This document shows, one piece after another, positions 54,754 to 62,922 of a stretch of DNA of 64,000 nucleotides (the stretch's first letter is position 1; every line of letters starts with the position of its first letter). This stretch comes from Myxococcota bacterium (GTDB taxonomy: Bacteria; Myxococcota_A; UBA9160; SZUA-336), in NCBI GenBank assembly GCA_965247115.1, contig CBDFGR010000003.1:608821-672820 (forward strand), written 5' to 3'. A program made the position numbers and the translations under genes. The notes beneath the pieces are model-generated. The model was not told the origin of the DNA and made no database searches. It was given only the letters and a program-made list of their open reading frames with translations.

Positions 54754-56324
54754 GGCTCCTCACCGACCACCACCCCGAGGGGTACTACTTCGACGAGGCC
54801 GCAGCGCGGCGTGTGCTGTGGTTCTTCCAGCAGTACCTGGTCCACGTGAAGGGCCGCTGGGCACGGCAGCCGTTCGAGCCCCTGGACTGGCAGGCCGAGA
54901 TCCTCGCGATGATCTTCGGGTGGAAGCGTCCGGACGGGACGCGCCAGTACCGCAAGGCCTACATCGAAATCCCGCGAAAAAATGGCAAGAGTTCTTGGGG
55001 CGCGGGGATCGCCCTGTATCTCCTCTGCGCGGATGACGAGGACGGAGCAGAGGTCTACTCGGCTGCTGGCGACAAGAAGCAGGCGTCGATCGTGTTCGAG
55101 ATGGCGAAGGAGATGGCGCAGCGGTCGCCCGAGCTCTCGAAGCGCATCGCTCGCTTCCGAAACTCGCTCGTGTACCACGCCCGAGCTTCGCGCTACGAGG
55201 TCCTCTCGAGTGATGCCGATCTCCAGCACGGGCTCAACCCCCATGCGGTGATCTTCGACGAGCTCCATGTACAGCCCAACCGAGAGCTCTGGGACGTGAT
55301 GACCACAGCTCAAGGGGCGCGCGTGCAGCCGTTCACGATCGCCTTCACTACGGCAGGCTTCGATCGCAAGTCCATCTGTTTCGAGCAGCACGAGTACGGG
55401 CGCCAGGTCGCGGAGGGCGTGATCGAGGACCCGAGCTACTTTGCGTTTCTCTCGGCGGCAGACGAGGACGACGACTGGACCGATCCTGCCGTGTGGACGC
55501 TGGCGAATCCGAGCCTCGGGGAGACGATCAGCCTCGAGTACCTCGAGGAGGAATGCCGGGAGGCGCAGCGGTCGCCGGCGCGGCAGAACACGTTTCGGAG
55601 GCTTCATTTGAACCAATGGACTCGCTCAGAGACGCGCTACATCGACCTTGAGGCTTGGGATGAGACCGCCGGGAAGGTTGATCTCGGCCTGCTCGAGGGA
55701 GCGACGGCATACGGAGGCCTCGACCTGGCTACGACCACGGACATCGCGGCATTCGTGCTCGTGTGGCCAGCCAAGGACGAGCCCTTCCGCTGCTGGCCCT
55801 GGCTTTGGGTCCCCGAGGAGAAGGTCTGGGACCGCACCAACCGCGACGGCGTGCCGTACCAGGCCTGGGTCCGCGATGGCTGGATTACGGCCACCGAGGG
55901 GAATGTCATCGACTACAGGGTGATCGTGCGGACGATCACCGAACTTGGCGAGCGCTACCGGATTCCGGAGATCGCCTTTGACCGCTGGGGCTCGCAGGCG
56001 ATCCAGAACGAGCTGGGGGATGCTGGGTTCAAGATGATCCAGGCCGGGCAGGGCTTCCCTTCGATGAGCCCGCCTACGAAGGAACTCGAGAAGCTGGTGC
56101 TCTCGAAACGGCTGCACCACGGAGGTCACCCTGTGCTCCGGTGGATGGCAGATAACCTGGTCGTGCGCACCGACCCGGCGGGGAACGTCAAGCCGGACAA
56201 GTCGAAGAGCACCGAGAAGATCGACGGGATGGTCGCGTTGATCATGGCCCTCGATCGGGCGATTCGGAAAGAAGGAGCTCCGAAGCTCTCTGTGTACGCA
56301 ACGAGAGGTCTTCAGTCCCTATAG
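54750..56324 (+). CDS. phage terminase large subunit
   Basis: EIPRKNGKSSWGAG (Walker A-like), VIFDELH (Walker B), and nuclease-domain motifs. ATGA overlap with terS. Confidence 0.88.
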   Translation: MRLLTDHHPEGYYFDEAAARRVLWFFQQYLVHVKGRWARQPFEPLDWQAEILAMIFGWKRPDGTRQYRKAYIEIPRKNGKSSWGAGIALYLLCADDEDGAEVYSAAGDKKQASIVFEMAKEMAQRSPELSKRIARFRNSLVYHARASRYEVLSSDADLQHGLNPHAVIFDELHVQPNRELWDVMTTAQGARVQPFTIAFTTAGFDRKSICFEQHEYGRQVAEGVIEDPSYFAFLSAADEDDDWTDPAVWTLANPSLGETISLEYLEEECREAQRSPARQNTFRRLHLNQWTRSETRYIDLEAWDETAGKVDLGLLEGATAYGGLDLATTTDIAAFVLVWPAKDEPFRCWPWLWVPEEKVWDRTNRDGVPYQAWVRDGWITATEGNVIDYRVIVRTITELGERYRIPEIAFDRWGSQAIQNELGDAGFKMIQAGQGFPSMSPPTKELEKLVLSKRLHHGGHPVLRWMADNLVVRTDPAGNVKPDKSKSTEKIDGMVALIMALDRAIRKEGAPKLSVYATRGLQSL

Positions 56325-56344
56325 GCACCTTGAGGAGGTAAGCC

Positions 56345-57826
56345 ATGGCACGCGATTTCACAGTTCGTGCTCGGATTCAAGCTAAAGACGAGGCGACTCC
56401 AACAGTTCGAAAGGCCGAGCGGTCTTTCGCGGGCCTTCTCTCCACGATCAGTACGAAAACCGTTGCTGCAGTCGCTGCCGGGGTCGCTGCCTTCCGCCTG
56501 TTCACGAGCGCCATCAGCGCAGCCGTCCGTGCTGCGCAGGAGCAGCAGGATGCCGTGAGCGCGCTGAACGCCGCTCTCGATACCCTCGGTCCTAGTGCGG
56601 GGGCTGCGAGTAAGCAACTCCAGGAGCACGCGTCCGCCCTCCAGAGCGTTACCACTACGGGTGACGAGGCGATTCTGCGAATGACGGCCCTGGCGCTGGG
56701 GTTCACGAAGTCCGCGGATGCGGCCGCCAAGCTCGTGAGCGCAGCGCTCGATTTCTCTGCCGGTGCCGGGATCAGCTTCGAAGAAGCGACTCGCCGTCTC
56801 GGGCGCTCTCTCAGTGGCTCGGTGGATGACGTCGCGAAGTTTGTGACCGAGATCAAGGACCTCGACGCCGCGACGCTGGCGGCTGGCGGGGCCATAGAGC
56901 TGATCGGCGAACGCTTCGGCGGCGTCGCAGCGGCCCAAGCCCAGACGTTCTCGGGGAGAATCCAGTCGCTGAAGAACTCCTTCGGCGACTTCCTCGGGAC
57001 CATCGGCGACGGGATCATCAAGAACAAGGAGTTCAATGACGCGCTGGAGTCGATGACGCGTCTGATCTCGGACCCGAACCTCATCAACAGCGTCGTTACG
57101 CTGACCACGCAGTTCGCAACGCTCACGGGGGCGATCGCAAGCGCAATCGTCAAGGTCGGCGAGTGGAGTCGCGCAGCCTTCGAGTTCCAGACCGCGAACG
57201 ATACCTACATCGCGGGTCTCGATGGTACGAGGGAGTCCTTCGACAAGCTCCAGAACGCCACCAGCAACGCCGCGACTGCAACGGATGGTCTCACGGAGGC
57301 ACAGAGGCGAAACCGCGAGGAGAACGAGCGAGGTAGCAAGCAGCGTCAGACCGATCTCGAGGAGGCTCGAAAGCTGGCGGAGCAGCTCGGCGTTACGTTG
57401 GAGCGCGATCTGGTCGAAGCGGAGAAGAAGGAGGCCGAGGCACTAGGGCGGTTGCACCAGCTATACATCAAGGGCGTGATTACCGCTCAGGACCTCGCCA
57501 CCGCGAAAGCGACACAAGCCGAGGCTGCCAGGGAGCTTGCGCCGGCCATCGAGTTCGAGGCGGCGGCGATGGCGAGTGCGAACTCGTCGGCCAGCTCGCT
57601 CCTCAGCACGCAGCGACAGCTCACGACAGAGACCCGTCGGGCTGGCGAGGCGGCTGTGGTGACCTCGAGGCAATTCGACGCGCTCGCAGCTAGCTCTGGC
57701 CGAGCCGCTGCTGTGGAGGCCGCGGTCGCTGGAGGCGGTTTCATCTCCAACGCTGGCTCGAACGGTCGCGGCGGGCGTGTTCGCCTTCCCGGCGGCGGCT
57801 CGCGGCTGATTCAGCCGGGGCTGTAG
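56345..57826 (+). CDS. tape-measure-like protein (short)
   Basis: Ala/Gly-rich, helical, with a TMP-core-like N-terminal half (...TTGDEAILRMTALALGF...AGISFEEATRRLGRSLSG). Directly follows terL. Confidence 0.45.
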   Translation: MARDFTVRARIQAKDEATPTVRKAERSFAGLLSTISTKTVAAVAAGVAAFRLFTSAISAAVRAAQEQQDAVSALNAALDTLGPSAGAASKQLQEHASALQSVTTTGDEAILRMTALALGFTKSADAAAKLVSAALDFSAGAGISFEEATRRLGRSLSGSVDDVAKFVTEIKDLDAATLAAGGAIELIGERFGGVAAAQAQTFSGRIQSLKNSFGDFLGTIGDGIIKNKEFNDALESMTRLISDPNLINSVVTLTTQFATLTGAIASAIVKVGEWSRAAFEFQTANDTYIAGLDGTRESFDKLQNATSNAATATDGLTEAQRRNREENERGSKQRQTDLEEARKLAEQLGVTLERDLVEAEKKEAEALGRLHQLYIKGVITAQDLATAKATQAEAARELAPAIEFEAAAMASANSSASSLLSTQRQLTTETRRAGEAAVVTSRQFDALAASSGRAAAVEAAVAGGGFISNAGSNGRGGRVRLPGGGSRLIQPGL

Positions 57827-57862
57827 AGCCCCGACATGCTAGGCGCATGCGGCAGCACGGAC

Positions 57863-58807
57863 TTAGGGCTCAAGCTCGCATCCCGAGTCGGGACCGATCC
57901 AAACCTGGTCGATCGTTTGTACTCCGCTGGGTCGTGGCTCGAAGAGGATCTCTCCGGAGCAGAGGGGGATGACATCATCCTCGACAATCGCGCTCCACGA
58001 GGCGCGGCGCTCCGGAACGCTCACAAAGGCCGCGCCCCCGAGCTCCTCGGAGCGTGGTGCCAACTGCCGAACGACTCGGCGGTCGCTTTCCAGGTCAAGG
58101 AGCTCGACGCGGACAGGAATGTCGAGCCCGTTGCGGAAGCAGATTCCGGATGAGCCCATGATGGCCTCCACTTCGCACGCGCTGGGGAGCAGAGCATGAC
58201 ACATGCGTCCCAGCTCGTTCGCACGAGCCAGCAGCAGATCGTTGCACACTGCCAGCTCGCCAGGGGTCACTGTCTGGACAGTCAGTGGCGCCTTGGCGTA
58301 GAGCGCGCAGACCGACGGTCTCTCACCGTTCGCATCAGCATGCGTCGCACCAAAGAAGTGTCGCGGGGCGATCTCGAGGAGAAGAGGAGCCTCTCCGAAC
58401 CCCCCGATCTCGGTGATGAAGCATCTGGGGGCCAGAGAGTTTGGGCCGGGGAGGCGGATCTGTCGAAGGGGGAGGCCGATCTGTCGGAGGTCCTCGGCGT
58501 TGAAGCAGGGACAGCCCTCTCTCACACACGGCATGGGGGGATCGCCCGGCCGCCTCAGAGCGTTGTACCTCTCCAGGATCTCAGCGTCGCTAGGGGGACA
58601 CGGCTCCTCGAGGTCCATCGCGTTGCAGGGGGAGTAGCAGTACGCGGCGCACAGCTCGTAGAGGTTCGGGCTTACGTCAAGCAACTCGCGGCAGTTCCTC
58701 GAGGCGGCGAGCTCCTCGCCGTTGACGCCCCGCGCGTAGGTTGCCGCAGCGGCCGCCAGCGCCGCAGCCAGAACCATGCCGATCGTGATTCCTATTCGTC
58801 TCACCAT
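57863..58807 (-). CDS. secreted cysteine-rich hypothetical protein
   Basis: ATG at 58807 gives a signal peptide, MVRRIGITIGMVLAAALAAAAATYA. About 16 Cys residues. No domain recognised. Confidence 0.5.
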   Translation of the reverse strand: MVRRIGITIGMVLAAALAAAAATYARGVNGEELAASRNCRELLDVSPNLYELCAAYCYSPCNAMDLEEPCPPSDAEILERYNALRRPGDPPMPCVREGCPCFNAEDLRQIGLPLRQIRLPGPNSLAPRCFITEIGGFGEAPLLLEIAPRHFFGATHADANGERPSVCALYAKAPLTVQTVTPGELAVCNDLLLARANELGRMCHALLPSACEVEAIMGSSGICFRNGLDIPVRVELLDLESDRRVVRQLAPRSEELGGAAFVSVPERRASWSAIVEDDVIPLCSGEILFEPRPSGVQTIDQVWIGPDSGCELEP

Positions 58808-59022
58808 TGCAAGGCTCCAGCCGGCTTTGATCCCCGACGCTTGGTGTCTGCCTCGAATCTTCACCGCGGGAGGGAGTGGAGGCAAGAAGAAACGCTCCCT
58901 GGCCGTCGGGATCAGAGACGAGGCCGAAAGCGTAGGTGGGTCGTATACTTGGCGATTGATAGAGCGTAAGCGTCGAAGGCTCTTTGGTTTAGTCTTGCAG
59001 CTTACAGAGTGCGAATGATAAA

Positions 59023-59232
59023 GTGAAAGACGAAACCACACGAGGACGAGGCGGGCCGCGCCCGGGATCGGGCCGCAAACCGCTTTCGGCTACGATGAAG
59101 CGAAGCCACCGGATCATGATCAGCGTGACAGAGCGGGAGTACAGAGCTCTGAAGCGCCGTGCCGGCTCGAACCGTGTTAGCACGTTCGTCTACGAACTCA
59201 TCCGCCGCTCCCTTTCTCGTCGCCGCAAGTGA
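59023..59232 (+). CDS. ribbon-helix-helix small protein
   Basis: ...SHRIMISVTEREYRALKRRAGSNRVSTFVYELIRRSL is an RHH pattern with a basic N-tail. Confidence 0.5.
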   Translation: MKDETTRGRGGPRPGSGRKPLSATMKRSHRIMISVTEREYRALKRRAGSNRVSTFVYELIRRSLSRRRK

Positions 59233-59257
59233 CCGACTCGCTCCTGAGAGGAGCAAC

Positions 59258-60106
59258 ATGATGAAAGAGAGAAGGGAGCCCTTCAGGGATCGCACACTCC
59301 ACATTTTGGATCCGCGGCTCTTCCCAACGAGAGAGTCGGTCATCGACTTCCTGCGAAGCGACCACTTCGTAGCTCTCACACACGCGATCGAACGGGCGGT
59401 AACCTGCGACTTCCGGGTCCCCGAGAAACTGGCTGATAAGATGCGCTTGGCGGCCTCGTACGCGATCGATGATGTCGCGTTGCTCGTTTCGGATGCCGTT
59501 GGATCCAAGCGGCTCGTGTTCGATCGGGATCAGAATTCCTGGGAAGAACACCCACCCCAGAATCGTACCGAGTACCTGTGCAATCTGGCTGCGGCTGTCG
59601 CGGCGGAGAATCTCCTGACGTTAGGCCCCGAGTTCATGGAGTTCTGTCAGAAGCACATCGACAGCATCCAGAGGCGAGAGTTACCGGCCGAGGAAGACGA
59701 GGAGGTCCCGGAGAGCGAGGAGCCTTCGGGAGCTACGGAGTCGCCGCCGCCCGAGAGCGCACAGCAGGAGCCGCGTTTCGAGGTTGCTCGAATTCTGCGT
59801 GAACGCGTGAATGAGCGAATCTTCCTCACCACCGTACTCAGTCACCCGGACAGTGTCTATCCAGACCGCGCTGTCGACGCTGTTGTCTGCGACACGGTCA
59901 AGCTCGTCCAAGCGCTGGCGGAGTACCTCGAGACGGGAACCATGCCTGAGTTCAAATCCCACCTCGCCGACGCTGAGTTCGCCGGTCGCTGCCTGCTGCG
60001 GGTCGAACGGAAAAACGATCCCCTTGGGTCGGTAGAGCTTCTCGCGAAGGAGCTCTCGGGCGAGTGGGATAGCTCCAAGCCTTCGGCCGAGGGACCGAGC
60101 GCATGA
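59258..60106 (+). CDS. hypothetical protein B of the RHH-led operon (acidic central linker)
   Basis: RBS GAGAGGAG then ATGATG at 59258. 282 aa. No domain recognised. Confidence 0.6.
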   Translation: MMKERREPFRDRTLHILDPRLFPTRESVIDFLRSDHFVALTHAIERAVTCDFRVPEKLADKMRLAASYAIDDVALLVSDAVGSKRLVFDRDQNSWEEHPPQNRTEYLCNLAAAVAAENLLTLGPEFMEFCQKHIDSIQRRELPAEEDEEVPESEEPSGATESPPPESAQQEPRFEVARILRERVNERIFLTTVLSHPDSVYPDRAVDAVVCDTVKLVQALAEYLETGTMPEFKSHLADAEFAGRCLLRVERKNDPLGSVELLAKELSGEWDSSKPSAEGPSA

Positions 60107-60651
60107 GCCGAGGTCGGATCCTGCTCGCGCTCACTGGCCTGGTCCTCGCGCTCGCTGGAGGGTTCGCGTGGGGGCTGAGCTTCGACGTTCGGGCAAGACC
60201 AGACTGGCAAGGAGTCGCCGCCGTGGCGACCTTCCTCGCTGTTCTCGTCGCGCTTTGGCCGATCTTCGAACGTCGAGCCGAACGCCATAGCGCGGCAGGA
60301 AGGCTACGCACGAAGCTGATCGTCACCGCTAAGCACGTGGGAGAGCAGCTAAGGCGCTGGGTTTCGGAAGTTGAGGCGGACCCGGGGCATGTCCACGCCT
60401 TGGAACTTGGCGACGTGACGCATCAACTGATCGGAGAGGTGCGAGACCTCGAGCGGCAGTTCGAACTCCTGACCAACGAGGAGTGGGAGCCCGTGATGTA
60501 CATGTGGAACTGCTTTCGGGACGTGCACGGAAAGAACTTGTTCAACGAAGACCTCAAGAAGGCGAAGACGACCGTCGCCTCGACGGAGGAGGTGGTCAAG
60601 TTGCTGCAAGATCGAGCCCTGCTGCACGAGGCAAAAGATGAGCCCGTCTGA
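60103..60651 (+). CDS. hypothetical membrane protein C (two N-terminal TM helices plus a helical domain)
   Basis: ATGA overlap with B. ILLALTGLVLALAGGFAWGL and VAAVATFLAVLVALWPIF. Confidence 0.6.
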   Translation: MSRGRILLALTGLVLALAGGFAWGLSFDVRARPDWQGVAAVATFLAVLVALWPIFERRAERHSAAGRLRTKLIVTAKHVGEQLRRWVSEVEADPGHVHALELGDVTHQLIGEVRDLERQFELLTNEEWEPVMYMWNCFRDVHGKNLFNEDLKKAKTTVASTEEVVKLLQDRALLHEAKDEPV

Positions 60652-60853
60652 GTCTTGGCGGAGTTCTCTCGAAGCGATGTCTTTCGACGATATCGACTCG
60701 CTGCTCATCGATGAGGAACGCTCTCTGTGGTTCGCCTCGATCGCGGGGCGGCTGCCGGATGACCAGACGCCAGTGGGCCAGGTCCTGAGCGACGGCGACC
60801 TGCGAGAGCTCCTGGCGGGAGTGCTCGCGGAGACAAGGAGGGCGAGCGGATGA
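60638..60853 (+). CDS. small acidic hypothetical protein D
   Basis: 71 aa. 14-nt overlap with C and a 4-nt overlap with E. Confidence 0.45.
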   Translation: MSPSESWRSSLEAMSFDDIDSLLIDEERSLWFASIAGRLPDDQTPVGQVLSDGDLRELLAGVLAETRRASG

Positions 60854-61557
60854 GCGACGACCGGCGACAGGAGGTTAGCGTTGGCAACAGTCGAGTTCTC
60901 TATGATCGCAATCCGGACATCTGCCCCCTGTGCCACATCTCGGTGGAACCCATTCTGCAGCTTGGCTCCCTGAGGCGGGTTGGACGGGAGGCAGAACTTG
61001 AAGTTGTCTTCAAGTGCCCACATGCACAGTGCCAGAGCCTCTTCATTGCGAGCTATCGGCTAGCCCAAGACCGGATAAGCGGACGTTTTCTCGACTACCA
61101 GGTCTTGATAGCGACTGGGCCTGTATACGCGAGGAGCCCGGAGGAACTGCAGATTCCCCTGACAGTCCGAGAAGTCTCCAAGAGCTTTGCGACAATCTAT
61201 GCTCAGGCGGTCGCCGCTGAAGGGTTCCGCCTCGAGCAGGTCGCGGGTGCCGGGTATCGGAAGTCGCTTGAGTTCCTCGTGAAAGACTACTGCATTTCTT
61301 GTGAGCCAGATGCGAAGGAAGCAATCATCAAGAAGTGGCTGGGCGCGTGCATCAACGATCACATCGCGGATGAGAGTATCAAGCAGTGCGCGAGGCGAGC
61401 CACCTGGCTTGGCAATGATGAGACGCACTACGAGCGGAAGTGGGCCGACAAGGATATTGAGGACCTCAAGGACTTGATCGGCCTCGTCATGAGCTGGATC
61501 GACACAAAGCTTAGGACTGCAAAGTACCTTGAAGAGATGCCAGGGGGAGAGGGGTGA
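60850..61557 (+). CDS. zinc-ribbon plus DUF4145-domain protein E
   Basis: CPLCH...CPHAQC. The C-terminal part ...YRKSLEFLVKDY...WLGACINDHI...ATWLGNDETHYERKW fits the DUF4145 pattern. Confidence 0.65.
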   Translation: MSDDRRQEVSVGNSRVLYDRNPDICPLCHISVEPILQLGSLRRVGREAELEVVFKCPHAQCQSLFIASYRLAQDRISGRFLDYQVLIATGPVYARSPEELQIPLTVREVSKSFATIYAQAVAAEGFRLEQVAGAGYRKSLEFLVKDYCISCEPDAKEAIIKKWLGACINDHIADESIKQCARRATWLGNDETHYERKWADKDIEDLKDLIGLVMSWIDTKLRTAKYLEEMPGGEG

Positions 61558-61643
61558 TGGCCAGACGATCCGGACAGATCACCGCACGCGGCGATCGGAA
61601 GTGGCTCGAGGAGGAACGCTCCAACGGAGGAACAGCCCAATGA
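61557..61643 (+). pseudogene. 5' remnant of an integrase gene related to 45472-46602
   Basis: MARRSGQITARGDRKWL... versus MARRSGHITARGDRKWL.... Roughly 50 nt of DNA similarity, then a divergent short tail to TGA. Confidence 0.65.
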
Positions 61644-61891
61644 CAGAAGAAGTTCATGTTCGGTTTCAGACAGAGGGAGCAGCGGAGCCCGAGTCGATCC
61701 TGGCGGTGCTCCGAGCGCACGACATTGAAGGGGATGCACCGCCTCGGTTCAGCGAGCGGGGATGTCTCGTTCTTATCCCGAAGGGCGCTTGGGATATGGT
61801 CAATAAGACGGCGCTCAGCAACGACCTGCAAGCGGCAGGGTTTCCGGGTGACTTCTCAGTCGAAGCTACCTCAGAGCATGGCTACCGATGA
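61640..61891 (+). CDS. hypothetical small protein
   Basis: Internal ATG at 61640. 83 aa. ATGA overlaps on both sides. Confidence 0.4.
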   Translation: MTEEVHVRFQTEGAAEPESILAVLRAHDIEGDAPPRFSERGCLVLIPKGAWDMVNKTALSNDLQAAGFPGDFSVEATSEHGYR

Positions 61892-62034
61892 AGCGCAAGC
61901 CCAAGCACCGGAACCTGTCCGCCCGCGCCGGCGGCGTAATCTACTACGAACGCGTCTGGAAGGGACGCCGCTTCTGCTTCTCGACGAAGACGACCGATTG
62001 GGGTAGGCCGCGTCGGTGTGCGAGCCGAGCATGA
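61888..62034 (+). pseudogene. N-terminal (arm-binding) fragment of a second integrase type
   Basis: MKRKPKHRNLSARAGGVIYYERVWKGRRFCFSTKTTDWG... is a typical integrase N-terminus. It terminates after 48 codons. Confidence 0.5.
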
Positions 62035-62141
62035 GCGAAGAGATGACCGAGGCGGTCGCACTCCTCGAGGACCTGGAGAACTTCGCGTCGTCAGGTCTCT
62101 AGGGCCTTAAACGAGTTGGCGCCCACCGAGAGAACGAGCGC

Positions 62142-62828
62142 GTGAGCGACGAGGTAGAAGAGAGCAGCAAACCGCGGCACTGGGTTCGGAACACGGTGGT
62201 TGTTTCGATCGTCTGGGTCGTAGGTGCGATCGGCTATGCGGTCTGGCCGTGTCTCGGCTCCGCTACCTGCGAGAGGCTCCGGCTTGGCGAGCTCGGGGAC
62301 TTCGTCGCTGGTGTCGCTGCCCCTGTAGCGTTCCTGTGGTTCGTCATCGCTGTGTTTATGCAGCGAGACGAGCTCGAGATGCAACGCAGGCAACTCAGCG
62401 CTCTCCTCGTAGAGCAGCGTCGGTCCACTGCGCACCAAGCTTGGCAGAAAGAGACCGAGGCGCTCCGCGATCAGCCCAACCTTCTCCTCAACATCAATGG
62501 TCCGAGTCCTGAGGGGGACTGGTTCTGCCACGTGATGAACGTTGGCGCGACCGTATCCCACCTTCGGGTCACGGACTGCAGCCCTGACCTGCTCGTGGCG
62601 AAGCCGACTCCGGAGGTTCCGCGACATCCCTGGTCCGATCTACGAATCCCGACCGCGGGCGGAGGTGGCGCTCATCTCTTCTCACTTCGGTGGTCGCGCC
62701 GACCCGAGCTGCTCGAATTCACGATCGTCTACAGCGACGCAAGCCGGAATCCGGGGCAACAGACCTATCGCTACCTGAAAGCCACACACGCGTGGAGCAG
62801 GCTTGACGAGAAGGAATCGCAGGCATGA
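62142..62828 (+). CDS. hypothetical membrane protein (two N-terminal TM helices plus a soluble domain)
   Basis: VVVSIVWVVGAIGYAVW and FVAGVAAPVAFLWFVIAVFM. Preferred over the antisense 178-aa ORF because of the TM pattern. Confidence 0.5.
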   Translation: MSDEVEESSKPRHWVRNTVVVSIVWVVGAIGYAVWPCLGSATCERLRLGELGDFVAGVAAPVAFLWFVIAVFMQRDELEMQRRQLSALLVEQRRSTAHQAWQKETEALRDQPNLLLNINGPSPEGDWFCHVMNVGATVSHLRVTDCSPDLLVAKPTPEVPRHPWSDLRIPTAGGGGAHLFSLRWSRRPELLEFTIVYSDASRNPGQQTYRYLKATHAWSRLDEKESQA

Positions 62829-62853
62829 CCCGACGATACGTTCGAGGTCTGCA

Positions 62854-62907
62854 ATGAAGCGCAAGCCCAAGGGCGCGAAGTACCACTCTCTGCTCACCGC
62901 AAGATGA
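62854..62907 (+). pseudogene. second copy of the MKRKPK integrase leader (17 codons)
   Basis: ATGAAGCGCAAGCCCAAG is identical to 61888-61905. Confidence 0.4.
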
Positions 62908-62922
62908 CGTAAGGAGTAAATC

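Noticed and set aside
62091-62627. 178-aa minus-strand ORF
   Set aside because: It overlaps the plus-strand 62142-62828 ORF, which has two clear TM helices and sits in the co-directional gene series. The minus-strand product has no features.
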